From a virus, in the IMG/VR virus record IMGVR_UViG_3300041964_000083, positions 64,001-128,000 of that record: DNA of 64,000 nt; one strand, 5' to 3'. The notes under the pieces are model-generated. The model ran no database searches, was not told where the DNA came from, and saw only the letters and a program-made list of their open reading frames with translations. Shown here in pieces: positions 28,278 to 39,809 of the stretch. Position 1 is the stretch's first letter, and each line of letters starts with the position of its first letter. The translations under genes were made by a program, and so were the position numbers.

Positions 28278-29459
28278 CTAATAACTGTCAGTGCCTAAAA
28301 TCTTAGATTTTGGTTTGGGTTTGTTTACCCGCCACTTTTTAAAGCTACGTTCGCTATACCATTGAGGAGGACTACCATTCCAAGAAGCAAATACTTTTTG
28401 GTTGTCGATATCAACCTCAATTATTTTGAGCGTGTAGAGCGCGCCGTATGAAATCTTGACCACACCCATCTGCTGACGACGCACTTCATAGACGATTTGC
28501 TCTGGCTTAAGTCGATTAATTGATGCCATGTTTATGCCTCATTAATGAAAGTTAGTTGCAAATAAATTATGTGCGATCGCGCTCCTCTTTATCTGGAAAA
28601 GTTGCCCAAACAGGAACTTCGCCTAAACAAATCCAAATAAACAAGTCTTCCCAGTACCCAGATTGAGCCTGAAGAGTTATTGATTCTGTTAACAAAGAAA
28701 GCGATCGTGCATTACGAAATGAGCAAGCGTGCGATCGCTTTACAACTTTAAAAGGTATATGTGCCGTACCCTTAAAATTGTTGTGTATAGAATCTGAATC
28801 CACAAAAACGCTCATTGGATGTACGTTTAATTGTTGTGCTGATTCATACATTTGCCGAGTGATGTCAAACAGCAGTACAACTTCATCACCAATCATAAAA
28901 CTGGCAAATGAAGATAAATCGTTACCGTCGTATAGATTGAAACTACAGTCTATTGCAGTTTCGTATTTGCGAGATTGAAAATATACCATGTGCGATCGCG
29001 TCCTGTTTAAAACAAATTTAACTGTCCTGGAACTTCTGCTAAACATCGCTCCACTTCATCAATCACAGCTTTAGCGAAGTCTCTGATAAGTGTGTCGTGA
29101 TAGTAGCCAAACTCTTCATCCGTAGGGCGACCCCACCAACCCGACTCGTGGATGATATCAACAGCAAGAATACCCCCATTGGGAATATCGAGGTAAATAC
29201 CCCATCCTCTGTACGGTTGGATTTCGTTCTCAGGATAGTCACACTCCTCACCCATATGAATAAAACCAAATTGGTCTACAAGCTGATCAATCCTGCCAGC
29301 TAATCCAGTCAAATGAGAGGCTCTTAGCTTGTTGGTGTCAATTTTGAAAACTTCAGGCAACTCTAACAAGACACCACCACAGTCTTCATGCTCCATCTCA
29401 CTTAAGTTTTCGAGGCTATCGATGATTTCGTCACAGCGGGAACAACGGTACTTAGTCAT
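28278..29459 (-). CDS. Three small hypothetical genes (28278-28529, 28567-~28989, 29007-29459)
   Basis: Co-directional ORFs separated by HIP1 junctions; the last has a CxxC...HxxC zinc-ribbon start. Confidence 0.55.
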
Positions 29460-29620
29460 GTGCGATCGCGTCCTCCAATCTTTTCGTAAATAAACTCTCT
29501 AACTGCATCCGCCATAGTGGTTTTGTTTTTTTGACACCACTCAGCAAATGCCTCTTTGTCGGATTTCTCCAAATGAACATGGATATCCGCAGGCTCTTTA
29601 TATCTCTTAGGTCGTGGCAT
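29456..29620 (-). CDS. Small RHH regulator, not in ORF track
   Basis: MPRPKRYKEPADIHVHLEKSDKEAFAEWCQKNKTTMADAVREFIYEKIGGRDRT; divergent from BstA-like gene. Confidence 0.7.
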   Translation of the reverse strand: MPRPKRYKEPADIHVHLEKSDKEAFAEWCQKNKTTMADAVREFIYEKIGGRDRT

Positions 29621-29752
29621 TTCTTTAATTCGGTCTATGGGTTATACTATATACCATAAACCAATAATTGCAAAGCAAAAGCGATCGCGCACCTCGGACT
29701 GGAAATCTGGTTACGCGATCGCCTAGCACTACCCAACTACTTAGGAGCACCA

Positions 29753-30657
29753 ATGGAAATCATACGTCGCGTTGACAACAACGTCGAGTTTTACACAGTA
29801 ACTGCTACCGGAAAATCTGGAATGAGTCAAAGTGGTTTATCAATTCTTTCTGGAGTTACCCGCCAAGCTATTATCAAAATCGAAAAGACCCTTGTAACCG
29901 AAGCACCATCTAAAACGCTGGAAAGGTTTGTGGGTAAGGATTTTACCCTTGTAACCGAAAATGCAATGATTGATGGTAAACCAACCGGAAACCTCAATGT
30001 TTACGCTTCGCCGTTTTGCGGAGCAGTGATTCGTCACTATGCATACAAAGGTAACGATACGGCACAATATAGCCTTGAACAGTTCTCTGATATGGGGATA
30101 GAGAAGTGGATTCAAGAGATTACTGGATGGACTAAACCCAATCAACCGTCTCAAGCATCAATGGTTGGGTACTGGGCAGAGCGGCAGCGGCTATTCATCC
30201 AGAAGACTACAATCCCTAGTGGGTGGTTCTGTGTCTTTGAGGAATTGGCTAAGTTGATGTGGCAGCTTGAGAACTTGGGTATGTTATCCCCGACTACAGT
30301 CCAGTAACCAACAAACGGATTATGCCCGATATATCGATTGGTAAAATATTCTGCAAATATATGCGGAAGAATGGCTACGCTGTTGACTCTACTGTTCGCA
30401 GCTACCCGCATTATTATCCCGGATGGGCGTTACCCGTAAACGCTAACATTTACCCCAATGCTTGGTTAGAAGTGTTTCGAGCTTGGTTTGATGAGCAGTG
30501 GAAGCCGCAACGGTTGGTTAAGTATTTAGGAAAGCGCGACCCCGATAGTATGCCTTCAATCTGCAAATTGTTAGGTTTACCTGAAGCGCCAGTGCAACTT
30601 GAACTACTTACTGTTAAAAATGGCGAGATTCTAGTACTCAAAGATTGCAACAGCTAA
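29753..30657 (+). pseudogene. BstA-like protein (KilA-N-like N-domain + BstA-like C-domain), one frameshift
   Basis: GMSQSGLSILSGV...FCGAVIRHYAY...GIEKWIQEITGW then IPSGWFCVFEE / MPDISIG...YPNAWLEVFRAWF; one G missing at 30277-30279 relative to paralogue at 22898. Confidence 0.7.
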
Positions 30658-30672
30658 CTCAATTATCTAGAC

Positions 30673-30691
30673 TGACAACGTTTCGTTGTCA
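30673..30691. repeat. 19-bp palindrome copy 4, extended to 29 bp (TAGAC...GTCTA)
   Basis: TAGAC-TGACAACGTTTCGTTGTCA-GTCTA. Confidence 0.9.
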
Positions 30692-30721
30692 GTCTACCAC
30701 TAGAACCAATACCCAAACCTT

Positions 30722-31275
30722 ATGTCAACCTACACAGAACTCCGACAAGAACTAGATCGCATTGAGAAGTATATTCAAGACGCGATCGCGCAATTAGTCA
30801 ACGCTAAAGAACCAAAGGACAAATTGCGAGAAGAATTAAATCGTGTGATGGGCGAACAAATCAGAGTGCGAGTTGAGCTATCCAGTTTGCTAGAGCGTGA
30901 AGCAAAGGAAATTGCTGCATCATCCGACCTTGACGATATTAAATTCTTGTACCGGGGGAGACGATATTCGGCAAGTGGTTGGTGGCACGTCTACTACGAG
31001 AAGTGCCAAGTCATCGAACGTAAGCCCAATTATCTCACTGTGGTGTCTCAAGATATGGATATCCCAGGCTTTTATAAAGGTGGAAAGTTTCGGGTTAAGC
31101 GTGATGAGCTTCAGTCTGAGGCAAAGCCTACCATAGCCGACATGGAGAATTCTTTTACATCGAACCCCTTAGCGACAGTTCACCCCTCCCCGGTAGTGCG
31201 GTCATTGGCTCAAACCTTACGGCTACTCCAGAGCAAGGCGCAATGGTGCTAGGTACACCCCATCAATTACGTTGA
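30722..31275 (+). CDS. Hypothetical protein, probable 1-nt frameshift near 31120
   Basis: Alternative frame GKAYHSRHGEFFYIEP...PHQLR* ends on the TGA of palindrome copy 5. Confidence 0.55.
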
Positions 31276-31291
31276 CAACGAATAGTTGTCA
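31273..31291. repeat. 19-bp palindrome copy 5 (TGACAACGAATAGTTGTCA)
   Basis: Followed by terminator 31301-31326. Confidence 0.9.
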
Positions 31292-31709
31292 TTTGAAAGC
31301 CCACCCTCAGCGATAGGGTGGTTTTTGTTTGGAGATGGTGCGATCGCGCAATATTAAATAGTTGGTGCTGCTTATTCCAGAATGATTGCTGTGTCTAAGC
31401 TTCGATGGAACCGTTACACCTACTCCTCAAATCAGAGACGGTTCAAGCTCCAAATCTAGGTAGTGTATTAATTGTATGCGATCATTCTAATATGGCTGGA
31501 ATTTGCTCAAAACACCAACACCACGAGGTTGGATGCCCGCTTTGTGAGGCGTCACCAACAGATTTGTTCCCTGATTGGCACGAGAAGAAAGCTGCTGCTA
31601 TACTGGCTGGAACTCAGGTGTGTGCGTATTGTGGTTTTGAATCATACAAAACAACTTCATCTTGCCCAAAATGTCGGGCGCATTTTCCTGAAGATAAAAG
31701 TTTGCTGAA

Positions 31710-32498
31710 TTAGATTTGGTGTGATCGCGTATCAATCCACTCCGGCGACACATCCGCAGATTCCTCAGTATCTAAGCAAACTCCGCCAAAGATGTTGTAG
31801 GAAATACCATTTTCCCAGTACACAGCAACGTGTTTGGGGTCTACTTCTGGTTTGCCAACGCTGTCAGTCTTGCGACGGAATCGGGTTACCCCTTCAAAAA
31901 CAGCGTTGAAGAGCAGCCGGACGATCGCGCCTCTATGTTTAGGTAAATCGTGCAAATCACTATGCCAGCGCCAGCAGAAGAACTCTTCTAAGCTTTCGTA
32001 GAGTATCAGTGCCTTTACCATATCGAAGTTTTCAATGTCGGGTGCTGTGCCGCGCTTTTTCTCACCAGGGTTGAAACTCTGCTTTTGGTAGCGGAAAATC
32101 CCAAACACATCAGCAAGCATATCCCGCATTTTCCACATAGTTGTTCGTCCAGAGGCAGCACCCGTCCAATGCTCTTTGAGGTAAGTGCAGATGGCTTGCT
32201 GTGTGATGTTGAAGCACTCAACGCCTTGTCGTGCGATCGCAGTGAGTCTATTGGTTACGTGGTGGCGTGTACCTTTCTTCTTCAGGCTTAGGGTATCCAT
32301 TGCGGCACGGTATAGGTAAGCGTTGAGTACGCCCATTGCCGTTAGCACCTGCTTCTTAGTCCAGTTGGCGACGATACCGAAGATGTCTTGTCGAATGCTA
32401 TGGAGTTGCGATCGCGTCGGTAAGGTTAAGCCAAACCCTGTGCGAACACTTGTACTCTGTTGATTTGCGGGAAATTGCATTATACTTTCCATATTCAC
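31710..32498 (-). CDS. Winged-helix, Rep-initiator-like protein, paralogue A
   Basis: Shares WxKxxxLTxMGxLN..YRAA, YLKxxWxGAxxGRTTxWK, KALxLYExLE, LPxHxGAI..FxGVxRxRRK with 39810..40745. Confidence 0.5.
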   Translation of the reverse strand: MNMESIMQFPANQQSTSVRTGFGLTLPTRSQLHSIRQDIFGIVANWTKKQVLTAMGVLNAYLYRAAMDTLSLKKKGTRHHVTNRLTAIARQGVECFNITQQAICTYLKEHWTGAASGRTTMWKMRDMLADVFGIFRYQKQSFNPGEKKRGTAPDIENFDMVKALILYESLEEFFCWRWHSDLHDLPKHRGAIVRLLFNAVFEGVTRFRRKTDSVGKPEVDPKHVAVYWENGISYNIFGGVCLDTEESADVSPEWIDTRSHQI

Positions 32499-32604
32499 GG
32501 ATGGGAAACCGAGAATTTATTGAAAGCCGTCGAGGGGTAAGAATGCTCGGCGGCTTTCGCTATTGGTTGAAATTATCGCACAAAACTCCGTCGAAAACCA
32601 AAGA

Positions 32605-32740
32605 TGAACGCTTAAGCCTCTTTATTAATTTTGAGTGAAGATTTTCTTCTTTCCAACGAAGTTTTGTCTTTCTAGCAGGGTTTGTCTTGTTAAAAAAAAT
32701 CAATTCAGACAAACTCCTCATCCCAAAGCTTAAGCGTTCA
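32605..32740. repeat. 13-bp perfect inverted repeat (TGAACGCTTAAGC) around 110-bp AT-rich spacer
   Basis: 32605-32617 and 32728-32740. Confidence 0.85.
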
Positions 32741-32771
32741 CACCTTGTTAAAATAAGCTTTCTGCAAAATT

Positions 32772-32790
32772 TGACATCGTTTCGTTGTCA
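32772..32790. repeat. 19-bp palindrome copy 6 (TGACATCGTTTCGTTGTCA)
   Basis: Sequence match; end of recombinase operon. Confidence 0.85.
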
Positions 32791-33296
32791 GCATTAATTT
32801 TAATCGTCTGCCATCTCATATCCTTTCAAGCTTCTAACAATGCGATAAATAACCCCACAATTTTCGTATTCAACATACTTGTTAGATAAGTTTTCAAGTA
32901 TTGCCCACCCTAATCGCTCTGTTCCCATAGTCCAATTAGGATTACTGACAACCGTCCACTGACTTTTATCAACCTGCCGACAAATTAAATATTGAATCGG
33001 TTTTTTCATATTTCGTCAAACTAAATCAGAAGCGATCGCGTCTAATCGTCTCTCAAATTTCCATTCTCTAGGGCACGCTCAACAAGTAAGTCGGCTGCCT
33101 CTAAAATACTTGTACCAGTTGCCCAGCAGGGGTTGGCATTCAAAGAGCACCAGTCGGTTAAAGCTATTGCTAGAGCTTCTTCTAGTTCACCGCTTCGTTC
33201 TAACTCTCCCTCAAATTGCACTGGGGTACTAACACAAGTACAAATTAACTCAACACCCATATCTTTTAGTGTTATCAGCAATTCATCAGTGTCCAT

Positions 33297-34262
33297 CTAA
33301 ATTAATCCTGAAACAATTTCCGACATCTCTCCCTGAGCATTCTTCCGATTGTCATCATAGATCAGTAAGGTGTCAGACTTACTATGGCGAGAGAGCTTCT
33401 GCACCCGCCTCACGTCTCCATTCGTCGCATCCAGTGCCGCTGTTAAGGTCGAGTGCCGGATGCGGTGAGGTGAGAATATCTTTTTAATACCAGCTTGAGT
33501 CGCAATTTCTCGAACAATCCGATACACACCATCACCCGTGAGAGGATGCCCGTAGTGGGCATTATTGAGTGCGATAAATAACGGGTCGCCTTCCTCCACC
33601 TCGCCTCGGCAATCCAACCATTCCTGAATTGCCACTACGGTTGTAGGTGGCAATTCAACCCGCTCCACCTGAGTCCCCCGACCTTTTCCTAAAATACTGA
33701 GCGTTCGTTTTCTCGCATCAAAATCCCCAACCTTTACCAGCGCCTCACTGCGCCGCAGAGCATTGGACCAGAATAATCGAAGCAGTGCATAATCTCGCTT
33801 CCCTTTCAACGTTGCGCGATCGCACACTTCAAGCATCGCCTTAAATTCATCAACGCTCACCCCAGAGGTATCCCGATACGTCCGGCATCGTTCACCCTTA
33901 ATTTCCTCAAGGGTAAATTTACATTTATCAAGTTTACGTGCATAAGCCGTCAACGACTTAATCGCTGCTAGCCGTCGATTAACCGTCGCCTCTTTCAACC
34001 CCTGCGCCAACAACTGAGCTTTATACTTCAGCACCACCTTAATCGCATCTGCCCGCGCCAACCCCAAAAACTGTCCAACAGCTTCTGGGGTTGGTTTGGT
34101 TTTAGTCAAGAACTCGAAGAAGTACCCCAAGTCTTTCTCATATGCACGACGGGTGTTACGCGATCGCTTATCAGCCAGCAAGTCACGAATTAAGTCATCA
34201 TCTTCAATGTGTTCAGCAAGCCAAGATGGTTGCTGAGTTGCGAGGTTACTCACGCTCAACAC
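33297..34262 (-). CDS. Tyrosine recombinase/integrase (XerC-like, plasmid resolvase type)
   Basis: RDYALLRL...LRRSE, GKG, PHRIRHS, SRHSK..TLLIY catalytic residues; SAM-like N-domain TRRAY..TVNRRLAAIKS. Confidence 0.92.
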   Translation of the reverse strand: MLSVSNLATQQPSWLAEHIEDDDLIRDLLADKRSRNTRRAYEKDLGYFFEFLTKTKPTPEAVGQFLGLARADAIKVVLKYKAQLLAQGLKEATVNRRLAAIKSLTAYARKLDKCKFTLEEIKGERCRTYRDTSGVSVDEFKAMLEVCDRATLKGKRDYALLRLFWSNALRRSEALVKVGDFDARKRTLSILGKGRGTQVERVELPPTTVVAIQEWLDCRGEVEEGDPLFIALNNAHYGHPLTGDGVYRIVREIATQAGIKKIFSPHRIRHSTLTAALDATNGDVRRVQKLSRHSKSDTLLIYDDNRKNAQGEMSEIVSGLI

Positions 34263-34638
34263 CTGGTGTCAATGAGTATGAGTATTGTTCACTTGATAAT
34301 GGTTCTGGATCTAGATAGATTTCAACACTATCTTTATCCATATCCTCTCCTAGTGTTAATGCCCAATCATTACCCAACGCGGCTACTTCAACGTTAATCC
34401 GCAATACATTAAATTCAGAAAAATAAGAAAGTAACCCTTTGTAAATCTTTGAACTACCATCGCGCCATGTTCGCTTCATGAGAATGGGTGTGTTAGCAGG
34501 GAGCGATCGCGCTTCGATAAAACTAAGCGATTGTTGAGTTATGCGGTTACTCAGCAATACATCGCTGTCAAGGGTATGTATAGTACACACACCCTTTTCA
34601 TCATGAATTAGCGATTCAAGCTGTTCTTGGGGCTGCAT
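34246..34638 (-). CDS. Hypothetical protein
   Basis: ORF upstream of recombinase. Confidence 0.5.
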   Translation of the reverse strand: MQPQEQLESLIHDEKGVCTIHTLDSDVLLSNRITQQSLSFIEARSLPANTPILMKRTWRDGSSKIYKGLLSYFSEFNVLRINVEVAALGNDWALTLGEDMDKDSVEIYLDPEPLSSEQYSYSLTPGVERE

Positions 34639-34755
34639 AAGAGCTTTTAGGCTATATAAATATCTGACTAGTATACCCTCAACTCATGATAATGAGCGTT
34701 TACAAGAGTTAGGTAGGGTTGGGTAGAATTTAAGAGTAGCGTTACGCGATCGCAC

Positions 34756-35668
34756 ATGAGCAAATGGTGGCTATTATCAGACGAAGACTTTTGCAGCATT
34801 GCAAAGAATCTTACCCAAGCAATTGAAGAATGCTGCGATGCCGATAAGAAAAGGTTGCTAGAAGATACGCGGCATACATTGGAAACGGGACTGCACGTTA
34901 CGGATGCCGTGCCGAGTGACTTCAAGAACAAAGAGCATCGATCAGCACCAGAGTACCCACCAGCAACACCAAAGCACCTTCGCACAAACAGTCGTGAATT
35001 ATGAGTAATCTACAGCAGTATTTTGAAGAACTCCTTTCATCATTGTTGACTCAAGAAGCCCATTTTCACAAACGCTTTGCCAATCCAAAAGCAACTGATA
35101 TCCTCAACAGCAAATATACACTAGCAAGATTTTGTACCTACCTCAGAAACTTGCAAGAATTAGAACCAGCGCAAGCCGCAAAATCACTCGTTGATAAAAT
35201 AAATTGTTCCCCTCAGTACTGGTATACAAGAGAGCAAGATGGTGCATTATTGCGGAAGGTTGAAACGCTTGAACCAATGATAGCTTGTGCAATGAGAGAC
35301 GCGATCACGCAAGTTGATTGGGTAGAGTTGTGGAACTCGCTACAACCACACATTGAACCATTTCTGATTAGGTATGAGTATGAAGGATTAGTAATTAGCA
35401 AAATACAAAATAATCGCACATGACCTTATCAACAAGCTGCCCTCGCTGCTATGGAGAGTCAACGCTATTTCACAAAAGCCAGTACAAGGGCGACATCTTC
35501 AAGTGCAAATCTTGTTTGATTCCTCATCCAACAAAAGAGGAAAAGATACCGCTGTTGTGGTTTTGGGAGAGCGATCGCTTATGGGAAGGATTAGATCAAC
35601 CGGAAGGTGAAAATAAGCCGGAACTTGTCAAGGTAATCTTAGGAACCGAGCCAGAGAAAATTGTTTGA
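34756..35668 (+). CDS. Three small hypothetical genes (34756-35004, 35001-35423, 35420-35668); last has CxxC zinc ribbon
   Basis: ATGA-coupled ORFs. Confidence 0.6.
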
Positions 35669-35684
35669 CATCTAATCGTTGTCA
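35666..35684. repeat. 19-bp palindrome copy 7 (TGACATCTAATCGTTGTCA)
   Basis: Overlaps TGA stop at a convergent junction. Confidence 0.85.
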
Positions 35685-35693
35685 GTTAAAAAT

Positions 35694-36056
35694 TTAGATT
35701 GCGATCGCGTATCCTTGTTCAGCTTGTGCAGCAAGTTCTTTGAGGCGTTCCCAGCAATAAGGGTCACGATTTATTGGTTTAATTTCAAATTTGGGAAATA
35801 GCTGATTAATCTGGTTCTCAGTTATGGATTCAGGTAACGCCATAAGAATTCGGGTAACTGTTGCCAAGAGAATAAGTGCAAATTCTCTATCCGCACCTGC
35901 ACAATAATCAAGCGTCACCCAATCTCTACCAACTAATCCTACCCTAACTCGAACTCCATACATAACTGGAAGAAAACCAATTTCCCAAATCTGGTTTTCA
36001 GACACCCAACGACCTGCGGGGAAGTTTTGGTTTGATTCTACTTTGGTGAAGTTCAT
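35694..36056 (-). CDS. Hypothetical protein
   Basis: 120-aa ORF. Confidence 0.55.
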   Translation of the reverse strand: MNFTKVESNQNFPAGRWVSENQIWEIGFLPVMYGVRVRVGLVGRDWVTLDYCAGADREFALILLATVTRILMALPESITENQINQLFPKFEIKPINRDPYCWERLKELAAQAEQGYAIAI

Positions 36057-36061
36057 TTTGC

Positions 36062-36544
36062 TTATGCAACCTCATCATCCAACACCCAATACTTAAAGGT
36101 TACACCCAATGCTGGTGTAGGCTTTACCGCAATACCAACAGCTAGCAAACTCGCTACACAAATTGCCAGTGTAGGTGTATCAGCCGTAGCATCACAAAAC
36201 CCCATGTGACAGTGCCAAGCACGGATAGGGTGTTTAAGCCATCCTTTTTCAAGCGTAAATTCATGATTTGGGTACATCTTTTCTGCTACAGCCCAAGCCA
36301 AAGCCATAGAGCGACTTGGATTCCAAGATGTACCACGCAATCCAATACTATCTACTTGATAGAGCGCCCAACCATTACATTCTTTTGGCTCGAATATCTC
36401 GTAGATTAGGATTTCCCCTTCTTCGGGAACGGTTTCATCCCAATCGATTACTCGCCAACCCATCACCTTCTCGGCAACTAATCGATCTAAAGCGTTGTAA
36501 GAGTCAACTGACAACGTTTCGATGTCATTACGGTTTCTTCTCAT
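36062..36544 (-). CDS. Phage ABA-sandwich / NinX-like protein
   Basis: LDRLVAEKVMGW...WNPSRSMALAWAVAEKM...TPTLAICVASL. Confidence 0.7.
   Translation of the reverse strand: MRRNRNDIETLSVDSYNALDRLVAEKVMGWRVIDWDETVPEEGEILIYEIFEPKECNGWALYQVDSIGLRGTSWNPSRSMALAWAVAEKMYPNHEFTLEKGWLKHPIRAWHCHMGFCDATADTPTLAICVASLLAVGIAVKPTPALGVTFKYWVLDDEVA
36509..36527. repeat. 19-bp palindrome copy 8 (TGACAACGTTTCGATGTCA), inside the 5' end of an ORF
   Basis: Sequence match. Confidence 0.8.
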
Positions 36545-38740
36545 GATTTGCCTTCAATGCGTCGTTGTTCTTGCTCTATCATGCTTAGAAATTTCTCTCG
36601 AACTTCCCATGCTCGCTGGAGTTTCGGAACATCAGCTGAATTTGCTTCTTTAGCTTGGGATAGTGCGATCGCGTATGCATGACGTTCTAGATAAATCTGG
36701 TGCAGCGATATCTCCGTAGAGATGATCGCAATTGGTAACTTTTTCAGGTCACTTGTCATGTACACAAATGGCTGACCCTTCACCTCGACATAACAATCAC
36801 CCAATGGGTTAACCAGCATAACGATGCCGCGCTCTCCGGTTGGTAACTCCGCGCAGCTACCTTGACTGATTTTTTGTTCTTTCTCAACTTTGACCAGCTT
36901 TTCGAGTTTTACGGGTTCGATGCGGTTTTCTACTTCGGTGTTGGGAACCAAATCCGGAAATAGAGATGGTTGGATTGGTTGGTTGTTCATACGCGATCGC
37001 CTCCTCTACGAGTTTCCCTTAACTGCTGAAACTCTTCAATTGTCGATTCAACATCAAACAGACTATCAGCAGGTTTGCCACTTGACTCTTTAACCTTCTC
37101 AAAAAAGTCTTTTAGAAATTCATCGCTTTCCATTGTTTCTGCCGCCCTTAAGATATCTAGCGCCTGCCCTCGCCATGCCGTAAAACGACTAGGATTCTCC
37201 TCCCTAAACTTCCTAAATTCTAAGAGTAGCGCACCAGCAATTTCCAGCTCCACGCCTATAACACGAGTCATCCATTCAATAAGTAGGCTATCAGTTTCAG
37301 CTGCAATCGCGCACTGCATTATCCCTAGGGCAAACTCGAAAGCTTCGGTGGGTGTGAATTCTGTCCTGTTTTTGTCCCAAGCCACATCAACCATTGGCTT
37401 TTTGTCGCGACTATTTACCCGTGAGTGAACATAAATTTCACCAGCACTGTATTCAGTCAATACCCCAATTTTCTTTTTCTCAGATGGAGGTAAGCGCTTG
37501 AGTTCCGCAAACGTTGTTTTCCTGGCGGTTTTACCAAATCCTTTCATCAGTTATCTATAATCTCCAATCCTGTCTCTCTTGCAACTTGCTGGGTAAATGA
37601 TTCCCAGTTCTCACCGCCATACTTTAAACGGGTGCGTTGAACGCTACTGATAGCATTATCAATCGCTTCAACGACTAAATCATCCCAAGGCGTATCGAGG
37701 TTCGTTGTAGATGCGCCCGTACCAAATAGCGCATCGTCACCGCAGTCATAAGAATTCTCGCCCTTTCCTGGCATGGGAATCCCACCCACAATTTCAAGCC
37801 CAACATCTTTTCGGGTTCGCTTGAGGAAAGGGAAACGCGATCGCGTCCATGTTCTGATTTCTAGCTTGGCATTGGCTTTGTAGATTCGGTTATCGAAATG
37901 AATATCAACAGGTCGTTCGCCCTCAACTTGTGTAGTGCAACGCTCCCGTCCAAGTAGTAAATCGGTTGGATGAATAACGATTCGTCGCCAATCATTATTC
38001 CTCCAGCAGTCAACTTCCGCAAATAGATAAATCCAAATAATGCCGTGATGAATTCTAAAGCTGAGTTCTCGTTCGTCTTCAGATAACCAGCTTACCCAAT
38101 GGTGAGGCAGTTTTTCAATGGATAGAAAAACACTAAATAGAAGTAACCCAACATGGAAAGTTACTACATTCTCAATCCCGCCCACATTAATACTGAGAGC
38201 TAAACTATCCCATTGTGGAATAGTCCAGCTGCCATGCAATGCCCACACATCTTGCGCAGGTTCATTTTTGGAATTGAGTTTCCAATAAGTGAGGGTTCGA
38301 CTTCCTGCAATCCATGCTCTACCTCTATCATCTCGATTATTGTCTACAGACCAGAAAGTGTAATGTAGCTTCCATTTGAGAAACAAATGCCAATTAATTC
38401 GCGCTAAACCGTTAACTAACCCGATGATGGGGTTATCTAATAGTCGATAAAATTCATCCGCGCAAGGCTCAATTAGCGTCAACATATCCATGTAGTTGTC
38501 AGCTAGCCAGTTTCTTTCAGTGTCACTAGCAGCACGCCTAAACAACGTTGATATGTATTCACCCAACTTAGCTAAATTAAAATCTGGGAAACTTAGTATT
38601 TCCTGAACAAATACGCGATCGCACCCGTTCTCTACCATGTAAGCCTCTATCCATTTGAGTTCGCGCCACTCGTCTCCATGCACGTTAGCAATTAGTTCCC
38701 AGTCCCGCATTAGCATAAGTGCCACTCTTCCTGATAACAA
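36541..38740 (-). CDS. Three hypothetical genes (36541-36990, 36987-37547, 37547-38740)
   Basis: Coupled minus-strand ORFs; no recognisable family. Confidence 0.6.
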
Positions 38741-38947
38741 TAGTGATAGAACCTTTAGGTAAGCCTCACACTAAATCTACCTCAATATGCCTTGGTTTGT
38801 TATTGTTCAGTCTGCTACAGAAAAACCAGACCATCTGACTGTTTGGACTCGATTTCCCGTAGGAACAGAACGATACGCTTATGTGGGTAGCGTATCTCAC
38901 GAAGATTTTGCAGAATTAAAGGAACAACACCGAGTAGTTGTCGCAAA

Positions 38948-39220
38948 GTGGCTAAAAAAGTACGTACTGCAACCAAAACAGTAAAAGTGAAGGTAAAGCG
39001 TAAACCAATTCCTCCGGGTATTCGTTATGACGCACTCTCTAAAGCTAATTTTCGCTGCCAGTCTTGCGGTGTGCTATCTCGAAATGCACGGCTGGAAATC
39101 GATCACAAAATACCCGTGGCGAAAGGTGGGACTAATGCGATCGCGAACCTACAAGTTTTATGCGTTGCCTGTAATCGCGGGAAAGGTGCAAAGCTCAAGC
39201 GCAAGAGAAAACAGATATGA
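38948..39220 (+). CDS. HNH endonuclease
   Basis: CQSCG...LEIDHKIPVAKGGTNAIANLQVLCVACNRGK. Confidence 0.92.
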   Translation: MAKKVRTATKTVKVKVKRKPIPPGIRYDALSKANFRCQSCGVLSRNARLEIDHKIPVAKGGTNAIANLQVLCVACNRGKGAKLKRKRKQI

Positions 39221-39549
39221 AAAAGAATAAGGGTTTTGGTACTCCACAGGAGAAATGTCAACCTTTGCTACTTTTGGTAGGTGATGGCGTTTCACCAGAT
39301 GTTTTGGCAAAAGATCCAAACATTCAAAAAACTTACCCTGGTATCACCGCAAAGGAATTCATATGGATAAAAGCAACCAGAATGGAAGAGTTTGGGTCTT
39401 TTCCTAAAACAATAGAATTACAAACTGACGACGGAAAGATTCAACGTATTTACAAAATACCAAAAGACACAGCAACGCAACTCAAGAAAACAAGACGAGT
39501 TTATATCGAATCTGACATAAACTGGAGTAAGTTTGACGGCTTATCCTAG
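39217..39549 (+). CDS. Hypothetical protein with N-terminal KGFG motif
   Basis: MKKNKGFG. Confidence 0.55.
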   Translation: MKKNKGFGTPQEKCQPLLLLVGDGVSPDVLAKDPNIQKTYPGITAKEFIWIKATRMEEFGSFPKTIELQTDDGKIQRIYKIPKDTATQLKKTRRVYIESDINWSKFDGLS

Positions 39550-39809
39550 AGCTACATTTGAATGTGCGATTATTCTTGCGATCGCGTGTTAACCACAGCG
39601 GCTTGACCCCTCTCCCCTATCTGCAAACCAAGTCGAGAGAGATAGTTATCGCCATAATCAACTCTCCATGCGTCCGATGGTGAAGTGGCTTCTACTTTGA
39701 CAACTACTCCGGTATCCCCGTCTGGGTGTCTAATCGTGTCGCCTTCATGGATTGGTTTTTCTGCGAAGTCACTCCACGGTGCTTTTTCAGGTTGTTTAGT
39801 CATGCGTTT

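Noticed and set aside
33297-34262. attP/attL site beside the recombinase; tRNA genes
   Set aside because: No tRNA-like or att core repeat recognisable by eye; the enzyme may be a resolvase
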